From NCBI RefSeq assembly GCF_006345805.1, contig NC_042999.1, positions 57,350,001 to 57,414,000 of the forward strand: DNA of 64,000 bases, read 5' to 3'. The stretch is from Octopus sinensis (taxonomy: Eukaryota). The number at the start of each line of letters is the position of its first letter. Position 1 is the first letter of the stretch. Below the pieces are notes generated by a model. That model was not told where the DNA came from, ran no database searches, and was given only the letters and a program-made list of their open reading frames with translations. A program made the position numbers and the translations under genes. Below, piece after piece: positions 43,897 through 56,677 of the stretch.

Positions 43897-44723
43897 TGTT
43901 TGAGAGAAGATAAGATTTTATTTACAATGGTGTCAAGGTTAGAAGGTTGTGAGTGCTAGCAAGTGTTGTGTATGTGTGCGTGCAACACGTGTTTGTGTCT
44001 GTGTGTTCGTGTGTGTGACAGATACAATAAGGGTGAATGCGTGTGACATAGAAGGTACAGAGCATAGAGTTAATATGATGGAAATTGGTTTACAGTCCAT
44101 GAGGTACACGAAATTTAAGAGTTCAATATCAAGATGTGTCTCGGGCGGAGACCGGTTGGGCGAATTATTGTCGAGCCGCGGTCGTGGTCTCAATCGCTGA
44201 GCTGGTTCTCTTAATATAGAATTCTTCAGATGGACTGTTTCTACTTGGTGAAGGGATTCACTCTAACAGCGTGGATCTGTGAAGTTGGTGTGTACATGTC
44301 TGAAGTGGACGATGGTGATGGCGACAATGGTAGAGACGACTTGAAGTTGGTACAATGATGGTGACGACGGCGGCGGAGATAGAAGGCTTTCTGTTGCGGG
44401 TGTACATTAGCGTCGTCGTAGCTGATCGTCTGTCGCTGTGACTGGAACATGTTGAGTAGCTCTGTGGCCAGAGGTTAGCCCTTAGAAGGACTAGAACCAA
44501 AGACCCAAGTATACTGAGAACACTCTCTTATATACAAGTAAGGTGGCTCAACAGAGCCTAGGAAAAGGGACCTTAACCAAAGGCCGTGATTGGTTGGCTT
44601 TGGCCAGTGGCACGAAATAAGTTGAGACAAATCGCGCCGCATGTCAACCAATCAGGTCAGTAGTTACAACAGGAACAACTAGGCCAAAGATGGCTGTAAA
44701 CTCAAACGAGATCATCTCAAACA
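43897..44723 (-). mobile_element. Candidate solo LTR
   Basis: TGTTTGAGA...TCTCAAACA inverted termini. The minus strand shows CCAAT boxes (about 44590 and 44650), TATATAA (about 44530) and AATAAA about 20 nt before the end. No clear TSD. Confidence 0.5.
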
Positions 44724-45475
44724 GTGAGGATATCAGAGACCGCTACAGAGCCCCACGCCCACAAACATATTCATCTTTAATATGTGTTCTATACAAGCAA
44801 TTCGTAGCATTTGCTTACGTTTGTATTTAGTGTACTTATAACCCATGTAAATAAATCCCTTTTTAATCATGAAACAGTTTATGTATTTATTTACGTACAC
44901 ACACATCCACTACACACACTTTACCCAGCAGTTCATCAATGAGTTTCTTGAATACAAAACGGTGTTTGTGTAATACGCAATAAACAAATTCACATACTGA
45001 AATCCTTCAATATGGCAGAAAATCCCAGGGAGCCGTTGATAGTCTGTGTGCAATAATAATCCAGAGATGAAAATTGCTTTTCTTAAAATAATCCTCCAAG
45101 TCTATAATCATTCTAGTTTCTTTCATTTCTTTAAATGCTAGTAATTTGATCCCATAACCAATCGCATATTGTTGTCCCTTCATAGCTTTATTGAAATGTT
45201 GTATGATACTTTCAGTACTCCATTACCCACAGTTTTTTTTTTCCTTCGGTGCCTTAATAATTATAAAGAGCCTTATTTCTCTAATCTCTTTCAAGGTGAA
45301 GTTTCATCACTGCAGGTTTGTTCTTTTATCGCCGCAGACTTCACGACACCACTACTAAAAAGTAGAGTCACATTGTAGACACAAAAGCGTTGTTTTATTA
45401 GCAAATGAAACTATGAATTCAAATTCCAAACATTCATGTGATTATTGTATGCTATGGGCTCTTTATATAGTAATT

Positions 45476-45759
45476 CGGTGGTTCTCAACCATATTTTATT
45501 TATGGGCCTCTTTGATTGTTATTTCATTCTGGTGGACCCCATAACCATTCAATTTTCAAGAACTAGTTTTATAGACGCTCTTCTAAATTCTTATTTTGTT
45601 GTAAAACGTTAGTGAAAGAAACCCAGCTGTTTTTGCGATAAATACTTCTAAAGCAAAACTTTTTACGTGGGCCGTTGAAATACTACTGTGAATCCCCAGT
45701 TTGCTATTTTGCTTGCGTGGATCCCCAAGGGTCATATGGACCCTGGTTGACAACCATTG
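45476..45759. mobile_element. hAT-like MITE
   Basis: CGGTGGTTCTCAACC...GGTTGACAACCATTG, with degenerate TSD TAGTAATT/TAGTAACA. Confidence 0.7.
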
Positions 45760-45779
45760 TAGTAACAGCATAGCTATAG

Positions 45780-47112
45780 ATTCCCTGACAACGTATAGAA
45801 AGTGGTAGAGGCCTTATACAGCTGGAAAACTATTATAAAATAACCACCGTAGGACTGCAAAAATATCTACTTCAGAAGCAAGGAAAACTGATACAAATAG
45901 CGGCAAATCACGTGCAAAACAAAAAACTGTTCTCAGTATTTAAGGAAGCTGACAAATACAAACAAGAAATCATACTGCCTAACAAATATGAAGAAGAAGA
46001 AGAAGAAGAAGAAGAAGAAGAAGAAGAAGAAGAAGAAGAAGAAGAAGGAGAAGAAGAAGGAGGAGGAGGAGGAGGAGGAGGAGAAGGAGGAGGAGGAGAA
46101 AAAGAAGAAGAAGAAGAAGGAGGAGGAGGAGGAGAAGGAGGAGGAGGAGAAGGAGGAGGAGGAGAAGAAGAAGAAGAAGAGAAGAAGAAGAAGAAGAGAA
46201 GAAGAAGAAGAAGAAGAAGAAGAAGAAGAAGAAACAAAAGCTATAAAACAAATGAAATCCAAACTAAAACTAGAACAGCAACGGACCATGATAAAACGAT
46301 GGCAAGAAAAGCCCCTTCATGGTAAATACTGGACTAAACTAAATGCAAAAGAAATAGACAGAGAAAAATCCCAGCAATGGTTGAGAAGCTCAGGACTCAA
46401 AGTAGAGACGGGGGGATTTTTAATTGCAGCACAAGACCAAAGCCTCCCCACCAGAAATTACCAAAGACATGTAATGAAAAAAAATATAACAAGTAGCTGC
46501 AGAATATGTGGAGATGGACAAGAAACAGTAAATCATATTATCTCTGGCTACCCAGTCCTGGCTAAGAATGAATGTATTCACAGACGCGACAGAGTTGGGA
46601 GCTACATACACTGGAAGCTATGCCAACATTATGGTCACAGAAAACGAGAAAGCAACCATACTTTGGGATATGCCAATACACACAGATAGAGAAATTAAGG
46701 CCAATAGGCCAGATATAGTTGTCAGAGATCATGAAGAAAAAATGTTTTCTAATTGATGTATCAATGCCAGCAAATGACAACGTGTCTCTAAAAGAAATGG
46801 AGAAACTTTCAAAATACAAAGACCTGGAAATAGAGGTAACTCGAATGTGGAATCTAAAATTAGAAACAATTCCTATCATAGTAGGCGCATTAGGTATGAT
46901 AAAAAATATTCAGACAAATACATAACAAAAACACCAGGACTTACAAACACATATAACACAGAAAATTGCAATACTGGGCACTGCACACATCCTACGCAAA
47001 ACACTTTCAATGCAGTAACCATCAGAGCATTACAACAAATCACAGCACATACCCAAGGCACACAGAGCTGCGCTCGGTAGTGAAGTGAAAGCACGCTATA
47101 AAAATAAAACTG

Positions 47113-47115
<3 letters not shown>
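45780..47115 (+). mobile_element. 5'-truncated R4/Dong-type LINE
   Basis: WQEKPLHGKY, AAQDQSLPTRNY, CRICGDGQETVNHIISG zinc knuckle and RPDIVV...LIDVSMP RLE; followed by (TAA)n at 47116-47191. Confidence 0.9.
45990..46232 (+). repeat. (GAA)n/(GGA)n polypurine tract
   Basis: About 240 bp of purine-only triplet repeat inside the LINE ORF. Confidence 0.95.
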
Positions 47116-47194
<79 letters not shown>

Positions 47195-47364
47195 CCTCTT
47201 CACCAATCACTGTCCCAAACAATGGTAGTAGTGGTGGTGATGGTGATAATGATAAAAACAAAAATAACAATAATAAGATACTGCTGTGACTACACAAAAC
47301 AATATCACTGATGATGATGGTGCTGATGGTGATGATGATAATAATGATAGTAATAGTGCTGATA

Positions 47365-50300
47365 ATCTATCTATATAAATCAGTATACCAAATCGCTTGT
47401 CCTATGGTTAATCTGGAAGCGCGTCCCCCAGGGAAGAGCCAGCCTGGGATCGAAAAGTCATCAACTGGCACAAACTCTTCTCCGAATACGGACATGGATG
47501 GTCACTTGAACGGGAAATTCCCCAACTCGAGCCCTCCAAGTTCACCACCACAACCACCACAGAAAGAAAAATGTAAGCGGAACAAATGGACCCGAGAAGA
47601 GTATAAAGAAGTAATATACGCTTATTACTATGCATTAGGTAGGCCATCTCAAGAGAGACACACCGCAAACTCTTACAGTATATGGAGAACACGGAATCAA
47701 GACAGTAAGCCCTATTTGGACGAGAACAAATTGGCAAATGTGAGGAGGGATATCCTTAGAAATAACAGACTCACAGACAGTGAAATAAGCACGATCATGC
47801 ACGCAACGGAAAATGACATAAATATAAGACACAAAGGAAATGAAGAATCAGATGAACAGTATAGCCCGCCACGAGGCTTAATTGACCATCTGACCAAAGT
47901 ACGCAAAGGCCTGAAGATACAAGAAATTCTATTGAACCTGTTAAAGATAGCCAGGAAAATGATAAAACAACATTTGCTGAAGAACACAGAGAGTCTATGG
48001 CAGAAATGAGGCAGAAAATCCTGAATACGCTTGAAGTTGTAAGACATACAAGTATGAATGATAGAGAACCACTTCATAAACTCTCAAATACAAACCAAAA
48101 TAAAAAACAAATCAAAATTGGCAACTATGTAACAAATGAAATAATACAAGAATTAAAACCTGATTTTACTGAGTTAAATGAAATTATTTACGCTTCTGCT
48201 AGGGCAATTGAAACCAGCTGTATGCGCCCGAAAAAACAAAGAAAACCAAACCTGGGAAGAAATCAAACCCGGAGAAGTAAAATTGAAAAAGAGATTGAAT
48301 TTATGAGAGGGGAAATATCAATATTAAATGAACTAATATGTAGAAATGATGTAAGATCCAGAACAGGAAGAAAGATGAAGAGAAAATGTGGATCCTCACC
48401 AAGAGAAGAACTGATATCAATAAAAGAAACGCTGAAACAAAAAGTCCAAGCAAAAGCCCAAAGAATACGAAGATTTGAGAAGAGAAACAAGTTTTACAAG
48501 CAAAATAAGCTGTTCACATCCAATGCCAAAAAATTCTACAGAGAAATAGGGAAGGAGAAAGTAACTGTTAAAGACCCCCCTCCCATGGAAGAAGTTCAAA
48601 ACTTTTGGAAAAGGATTTGGAGTGACAAGAAGACGTACAACATAAATACAGACTGGATTATACAAACAGAAGGATCCTACCAAAATTTACAACAACAAGC
48701 ATGGGAAGACATCACAATAGCAGACCTAAGAAAGGCACTCACGAAGGCCCATAATTGGAAATCCCCCGGTAAAGATAGGGTGCCGAATTTCTGGCTCGCA
48801 TCGCTCCCATGCGCACACGGTAAGCTAGTTCAGCTGCTCAATGGAATTATGAGAGACCCAAAGAAAACACCTGAATGGTTAGCAAGTGATATTACTTACC
48901 TACTCCCAAATAATAACGAAACCAACCTTCCAAAAAACTATCGGCCTATAACCTGTCTATCCACCACGTATAAAATCCTAACATCTATCCTGGCGGAGAA
49001 AACATAAGCATTCATGGAGAAGAACGATATTTTCCCCATTGAACAAAAAGGGTGCCGCCGAGGCTCATACGGATGCAAAGATCAACTGCTAATTAATCGT
49101 ATGATCCTTGAGAACTGTCACAACAAGCGCAGAAATCTCAGCTCCGCATGGATTGACTATAAAAAGGCCTTCGACAGTATACCGCATCCATGGATCTTGG
49201 GATCGCTGGACATCTTCAAAATTTTCCCTGTGATTTCAAGCTTCCTGAAGCACAATATGTCGTTGTGAAATACGAATCTCCAATTATACCACTCTAATGG
49301 AGTACTTGCCTCAGAGAATATAAACATCAACTGTGGAATTTTTCAAGGTGACTCACTTTCACCTTTAATATTCTGCATAGCCCTAATACCCCTTACAAGT
49401 GAATTAAACAGAACAGGGTATGGGTATAAAATTGCCAATAAAAAAATAAGCCATCTATTTTATATGGATGACTTAAAACTCTATGGTAAAGACGATAATG
49501 AACTTGAAGGCCTATTGTGCACTGTGAAAGCATTCAGCGATGACATCGGGATGGAATTTGGGCTTGAGAAATGTGCCAAGGCCACTTTCCAGAAAGGGAA
49601 AGTGAAGACCACAAATTCAGTCGTGTTAGATGGTGACAGTCATTAGAGAGCTTGAGCAAGAACAAACATACAAATATTTAGGGATAAATGAAGGCTCTGG
49701 TATTCAGCATGCAAGCATGAAAGAGAAGATCAGGAAGGAATGTTATAGGAGAGTTCGTGCAGTCCTGAAATCTGAACTAAATGCACGTAACAAGGTGTTA
49801 GCTATAAATTCCTTAGCAGTTCCAGTTGTTACTTATAGCTACAATGTGTTGAATTGGAATATGAGTGAAGTAAAGAAAATAGATAGGAAAATACGCAAGC
49901 TGCTGAGTTGTAATAGGATGCACCACCCAAAGGCAGACGTAGATCGCCTTTACCTCCCCAGAGCCCAAGGAGGTCGAGGCCTGATCCAATTTGAACTAGC
50001 TTAACAATTGGACTGGCCAAATATCTTGAAATAACGAATGACTGGATGTTAAAGCTCGTGGAAAATCACGAGAGACGAAAGAAGCTTCATTCTATCATCA
50101 AGGAAAGCAAAAAATTTGCTATTGATCTCGTGCAGGATACCCAAACTGAACAACCCGAGGGAAGTACGGCAACTATTGTTGCAAAGAAGGTGAAAATAAT
50201 GGCAACGAAAAAAGCGCACGAGCAATTGGCTGATAGGTGGGAGGAGAAACCTCTGCACGGCAAATATGTGGCCCGTAGCAAACAAGCTGATGTTGACCAG

Positions 50301-51130
50301 AAGCAAACCCATCAGTGGCTACGGAGCTCAGGGCTAAAAGCAGAGAGCGAAGGTTTCATCCTGGCTGCTCAAGATCAAAGCCTATTAACCCGGAACTACC
50401 AGGCCAATGTGATGAAAAATGGAGCAGACCCAAAATGCCGATTCTGCAACGACATGATTGAAACAGTGGACCACCTAATCTCTGGATGTAAAGTCTTAGC
50501 ACCAGTGGAGTATAAAATAAGTCGGCATTACAATATCAAAACTGCCGACAAGTGGTATAATCACCACCCTGAAGCTGTAACTGAAGGAGAAAATGTAACG
50601 ATTCTGTGGGACTTTCCAGTACATACAGACCGAACCATCAAAGCCAATAAACCGGATATTGTTGTGAAAGACCAAAACAATAAAGTTTGCTTATTGATCG
50701 ACATGAGCATCTCCTGTGATCATAATATCTCGGCGAAAGAGTTTGACAAGCCCAGAAAATATAAAGACCTGCTCATTGAAATTGAGAAAATGTGGCATCT
50801 CAAGGCGGTTACAATACTAGTGATCGTAGGAGCACTAGGAATGACCAAGAAGGGAACCGAAAATTATATGAAAATGATCCCTGGCTTACCATCCCTGCAA
50901 GAAGTGCAAAAGATTGTCTTAACTGGTACATCACACGTATTGAGAAGAACATTGTCGATGTGAGAACTATTACTACCCATGTATTTGAATTTAACTTTAA
51001 AAAAAATGAACGAACTAGTGAGTTTAGTTTAATGGCGAACCAATGTATACTATGAGTTTCTTTACCCTAGGAGTCGGGAAGGCACTCGGCAAGGAATGGA
51101 AGCAAATTTGAAAGGAGAAGAAAAAAGATA
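47365..51130 (+). mobile_element. Near full-length R4/Dong-type non-LTR retrotransposon (RT plus restriction-like endonuclease), disrupted
   Basis: N-terminal RNKWTREE; RT motifs YRPITCL, QKGCRRGS, WIDYKKAFDSIPH, GIFQGDSLSPL, YMDDLKLY; CRFCNDMIETVDHLISGC; KPDIVV...LIDMSI. The ORF (about 47404-50963) is broken by several stops and frameshifts. Flanked by TAA/TGA arrays. Confidence 0.95.
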
Positions 51131-51201
51131 ACAATAATGATAATGATAATGATGATGATGATGATGATGATGATAATGATAATGATAATGATAATGATAA
51201 T

Positions 51202-51288
<87 letters not shown>

Positions 51289-51289
51289 C

Positions 51290-51371
<82 letters not shown>

Positions 51372-51401
51372 ATGATGATGATGATGATGATGATGGTGAT
51401 T

Positions 51402-51442
<41 letters not shown>

Positions 51443-51453
51443 AATAATAATAA
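51131..51453. repeat. (TAA)n/(TGA)n microsatellite
   Basis: Directly visible; a similar array lies at 52006-52126. Confidence 0.95.
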
Positions 51454-52005
51454 ATGCCCTGATGCAGTACCAGACAATGGTTCTCATGGCTTCTGATCTT
51501 AACTGATTGGAAGTGTTATCATGTACATTGTTTTGTCTTGGTATAAAAGGTGGGCTACAGCAAATATTCTGCTCAATACCACAGATTTTCTTGTCAGTTG
51601 TTTGACCATAACCAGTTGAGCATGTCTCTTAGTGACTGACGATATGTGCATATCTGATCACGAGCAGAAGTAGTGGGGGAGCATCATAGCTGTGTGTTGA
51701 AAGGAATTCTTAGAGGTTTGGATAATTCACCTTTGGAAACATGAGTGGTTCGTTCAACATCCTTAAACAACCCATATTCAGGGACCTTTTGAACGGGATG
51801 GGTTACTCGATGAGAAGGAAATTTTAACTGAGCCCCACCTGCAAGATCATGCGCTGTTTATCTTGAGATCACCATGTCGCGCACATATGGTTGTGATGCA
51901 TGTGCCTGGTATACCCTTATCAGACAGGTAGTCATGATGGGTATACTGGACTTCGTGTATTTTACCCCAGTGTCACTTCGATGGCATGCACTGCTCTCTC
52001 ACTCA
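51454..52005. mobile_element. Non-coding repeat embedded in TAA arrays
   Basis: No substantial ORF; triplet arrays on both sides; 51805-51960 is homologous to the arms of the 54500-54933 palindrome. Confidence 0.55.
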
Positions 52006-52017
52006 GTAGTAGTGGTA

Positions 52018-52114
<97 letters not shown>

Positions 52115-52139
52115 GGATGATGATAACTTGCAGATGAAA

Positions 52140-53293
52140 TAATCATTACAAAAACAGAGACCGAACGTGACAGTGTGAAATGAACCACCGAAAAGGTTGA
52201 TAGAATCCTGGAGTATATTCAAACGAAAGATTCATTGGAAACAATGAACTTGATTACATCTATTTCAATTTTAGTTGACAACCGGTTCGAAAAAAGAGAG
52301 GAAATCAGCCATGGTGGAAATGAAGAATCGAAAGTGATATTAAAACCTTGCGCAGAGATCTGAGTCGCATAGAAGAGTGCTCCAGAGGGCAGTGGAAACG
52401 TACTGAAGAAGATGTAAAGGCATATCTTGAAACAAAATACCATATGGAAAAGAAAGGGTTTAAAACTATTATCGAAACCTAAAGCAACGTATTCAGGCAA
52501 AAACATTGTAGGCGCACCACTACCCTGATCGCATATTGCAGTTCCGTCAAAACACGCTATTCACAATGTTTTTTAAGAGTTTGAGTGGAGATACAAAAGA
52601 TAATATACCTCCTGAAGCAAAGGAAACCCAAGTTTGGAATTTCATTTGGGGGAAAGAGGTTTCCCACAACCATTGTACTGAGTGGATTCATTCCATGAGA
52701 TTCGAAGGGCAGCATTATGTATGCATAACAACAGAAGGTGTAGTTACACAGGTATCAAAACTGCCAGACTGGAGACCGGCAGACCCAGATAGAATCCAAG
52801 ACTACTGGCAAGTGGTTGAGGTCAACACAGAAACGAATTTGTATGATAGCCTACAAAATGGTGCGAAATGAATAGTAGAGAAAAAGACAGCATTGTTGAT
52901 GAAAGATCGATCAAAAGGCAATGTGGGAGGCAATTACAGATCCATTGCTTACCTTAACCTCTTATGGCATCCTCGCAAGGAAAATATATACGCTCCTTGC
53001 AGAAAAATTCTGCTTCATGTAGAACAAAAGGAATGCCGAAAAGGACCCAAGGGCACCAAAAACCACCTTGTGATAGACAAGGCCGAAATGAAGAACTGCA
53101 AACGGTACCAAAAACACTTGTGCATGGCATGGATAAACTTTAGAAAGGCCTATGACAAGTTGCCGCATTCGTGTATTCTGTAACACTCTACACGTGTGGA
53201 GTAGCTGAGAATGTGAGTGCACTAATCAAGAACAGCATGACTAGTTGGAAAACACGTCTTTTCAGTAACAACCGAGGTATTAATCGAAAGAGA
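52140..53293 (+). mobile_element. Old R4/Dong-type LINE fragment (RT N-terminal half)
   Basis: NYRSIAYLNLLW, EQKECRKGPKGTKNHLVID and MAWINFRKAYDKLPHS; ends at a mariner TA site. Confidence 0.85.
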
Positions 53294-53295
53294 TA

Positions 53296-54494
53296 CGAGG
53301 GGCGTTCAATAAGTAATGCCCCTGATCCACTTCCCATAGCAGTAGAGCAACGAAACTTGGCACAGGTATTAGTCTTTTTCTACATAGGAACAACCCAGAG
53401 GTACGCATTTCTCCCATCGTTTGATGCAGTTCTGGAGACCGTTTTCGTAGAAGACCCCAGCTTGGTCCTCCAACCACGACGTGACTTCAGAAATCAAGGC
53501 TGCATCATCTGGGGAACGCTTTCCTTTCAAAAACAACTTCATGGCTGGGAAGAGGTGAAAATTAGAGGGTGCAAGGTCAGGAGAGTAGGGGGGTGGTGGA
53601 AGAGTTCATAGCTGCACGCCTGTGCTTCTGATCTGGCGACACGCGAGTTGTGGACCGGAGCGTTGTCCTGCAGGAGGAGGATGCCTTTGCTGATCTTGCC
53701 CCGCCTCTTGATTTTGATAGCTTCTCTTAATTTCCTCAAAAGTGAAGCATAATAGGCTCCTGCAATTGTGGTACCCTTTGCTAGGAAATCTGTCATCACT
53801 ACTCCGTCCTGGTCCCAGAAGACTGTGAGCATAACCTTGTCAGCGGAGGGCTGCACCCTTGCCTTCTTTGGAGGAGGTGAGTCACGGTGCTTTCACTGCA
53901 TTGACTGGGCTTTGGTCTATGGATCATAGTGATGGACCCAGGTTTTATCCTGTGTGATCAGTCTTTTGAAAAATTTTGACTCATCTTCTTGGCACATCTC
54001 CAAATTCATCCTCGAGCACTCAACGCGTTCTTGCTTCTGGAAAGGTGTGAGCAACTGGAAATCCATCTGGCAGACACCTTTTGCATATGCAAATGGTCAT
54101 GAATGATAGTTTCCACAGACCCGGTACTAATCTTGACCTTATGGGCTATTTGGCGAATAGTTATGCGTTGACCTTCCAAAATGGCAGCCTCAACTTGACG
54201 GACAGACGTCTCATCAACGGCAGAAGGGGGCGACCAGATCTGGGAGCTGTTTCCACAGAGTTCCGACTATGTTTGAATTCACAATGCCAGCGTTTTACAA
54301 GGTCATATGATGGGGCATCATCACCATAAGTTACTTTCATTTCATCAAAAGTCTCTCGTGGTGTGGGTCCTTTCAAATACAAAAATCAGATCACTGCTCG
54401 ACACTCAACAGGCTCCATTTCACACTTGACTCAGTTCAAACACCTATAAATCAGAAACCACAATTAGTCCAGAGCTGTAATTCGCCACTTAATC
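53296..54494 (-). mobile_element. mariner transposon lacking its 5' TIR
   Basis: TIR CGAGGGGCGTTCAATAAGTAATGCCCC after TA; YGDDAPSYDLVKRW, RSGRP, KVMLTVFWD and QDNAPVH motifs; frameshifted. Confidence 0.92.
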
Positions 54495-54499
54495 CATGC

Positions 54500-54933
54500 A
54501 TTTATAAAAGAACACTAACTTTTATAGCCCTATATAAACGAAGCCTAGTATATCTATCATGATTACCCGTCTGATAACGGTACACCAGACACATGCATCA
54601 CAAACATATATGCGTGACATGGTAATCTCATATCAAGATAAACAGCGCATGACCTTGCAGGTGGCGCCCGGCTAGAATTTTCTTCAGGAAACAGCGCATG
54701 ACCTTGCAGGTGGCGCCCGGCTAGAATTTTCTTCAGGTTCTCAACCTGAAGAAAATTCTAGCCGGGCGCCACCTGCAAGGTCATGCGCTGTTTATCTTGA
54801 TATGAGATCACCATGTCACGCATATATGTTTGTGATGCATGTGTCTGGTGTACCGTTATCAGACGGGTAATCATGATAGATATACTAGGCTTCGTTTATA
54901 TAGGGCTATAAAAGTTAGTGTTCTTTTATAAAT
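54500..54933. repeat. Long near-perfect palindrome with a 49-bp tandem duplication in the left arm
   Basis: Arms of about 190 bp with one mismatch seen; 3-nt loop CTC at 54740-54742; 54640-54688 is repeated at 54689-54737. Confidence 0.95.
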
Positions 54934-55824
54934 TGTACATTCTGCATTATTTTTCAGTTCCTCTGGATAAGGTTGTAATTGAAGGAGCATGACTTTCTCA
55001 TTCTCTCAGCAGTTCAGAGGTTCGTTTATAAATCTAAAAGCTTCTCAATGATTACAGAGAATATTCATGTCACCAATGTTGTAACTTTCAACCATATGTT
55101 TACAGTTTTTTGACGTTCTATCTCATTTTCCTTTTATATTCTACATTGAACACGTTCCCCGCTCTGTTGAAAATACTCACTCTATACTCTTTGATTTATA
55201 TTTTCACTTCTGCACTCTATGCTCCCGTTCTAGTGGTTCGACCCTCTGCTTCTCTTTACGTCGTCACCTATACCATCTCGTTCTTTTCCTTGTTAACTTA
55301 CATCGTCTGTCATCCATATTTTAGAAGCGAATATCAATTTTGAAGCGAGAAGACGATAAATAATTGCACTTATGTGCAAGCGTTAAATGAGATGCAACAT
55401 AAAAAATTTAGTTCAATTAAAAAAGACTACACTTTTCACGATCCACCAACCACCGCCAGCTCCACCACCATCTTCATAACCATTATCATCATAATCACCA
55501 CCACCACCACCACCATCGTAATAGTTTCCAGTAACAAGGCTCAGTCTAAACTGTTTGCCAACCAAGATTATTTCTTTTCAGTCAGTTGTTCTACTTCTCT
55601 TACTGTCCATACAAAGTTCAAATAACAAATTTTTAAAACATAACATCCATTGCTATTTTACCTTTCACTGAAAAATCTCTCTCTCTATCTATAAGTTTAT
55701 CATATCTAATGTAAATCTTCCTTCTTCCGTCCAGCAATCGATGTATTTGTCAATGTGGATAGATAGATAAATAGATTGTAAATAGTCCATCCCGCTCAAA
55801 TGGTCCCTGAATAAGGGTTTTTAA

Positions 55825-56089
55825 AAGATGCTTCCCCCATTTCAAAGTGAACACCGCACGTTTTGAGATTCCGAATTCAATTTCTATATCCTTGCTGCAC
55901 ATCTGTACAGTCTCAGCCAGCTTCTTCATTTCAGGTTCTGTTTTTGCGAACCATTTTAAATCATTCATGACGAGAAGGTGGTTGAAACAAATTCATTCTT
56001 ACTCAGCCCATAGACTTAGTGCAGAACTACAGAAAGTGGGATCAAGTCTATAACAAATAACAAAGGTGAACAAGAGTCTTCCTAGGGGA
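55825..56089 (-). mobile_element. Inverted continuation of the R4/Dong RT from 53293
   Basis: Minus strand reads IP*EDSCSPLLFVIDLIPL...HLLVMNDLKWFAK...DIEIEFGISK (degenerate GIFQGDSLSPLLF and HLLFMDDLKLFAK). Confidence 0.85.
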
Positions 56090-56091
56090 TA

Positions 56092-56471
56092 CGAGGGGCG
56101 TTCAATAAGTAATGCCTCTGACCCACTTGCCTTTGTTTGATCTAGCTGAAATTTTGCATGTGCAATTATTGATATCTCTATAGATTAAGTGGCAAATTAC
56201 AGCTCCGAACTAATTGTGGTTTCTGATTTACAGGTGTTTGAAATGAGTCAAGTGGGAAATGGAGCCTGTTGAGTGTCGAGCAGTGATCCGGTTTTTGTAT
56301 TTGAAATGACGCACACCACAGGAGACTTTTAATGAACTGCATAACTCTGCATAATGAACTGCATAACTCTGGGTAGTTCCTATGAAGGAAAAGACTAATA
56401 ACTGTGCCAAGTGTCGTTGCTCTACTGCTATGGGAAGTGGGTCAGGGGAATTACTTATTGAACGCCCCTCG
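56092..56471 (+). mobile_element. Internally deleted mariner (same family as 53296-54494)
   Basis: Both TIRs CGAGGGGCGTTCAATAAGTAAT flanked by TA; a short tandem duplication at the deletion junction (about 56331-56370). Confidence 0.9.
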
Positions 56472-56677
56472 TATATATATATATATATATATATAAATAT
56501 ATATACATATATATACATATATATATATATATATGTAAACAGTAAAAAATAAATACAGACATGGACAAGAACATGAAACACCAAAGAGACGACACAAGAA
56601 CCACAGGACGGGACATTCGAAGCCCTCAGTCATCAGTCAAGAACCAGATCATCTTCGCAATTTCGGCTGATTAATCT

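Noticed and set aside
45908-46325. Poly-Glu/Gly/Pro/Leu ORFs
   Set aside because: They arise from the GAA/GGA tract.
47365-47470. HDV-like ribozyme at the R4/Dong 5' end
   Set aside because: I could not build the nested double pseudoknot by eye; a descriptor search would be needed.
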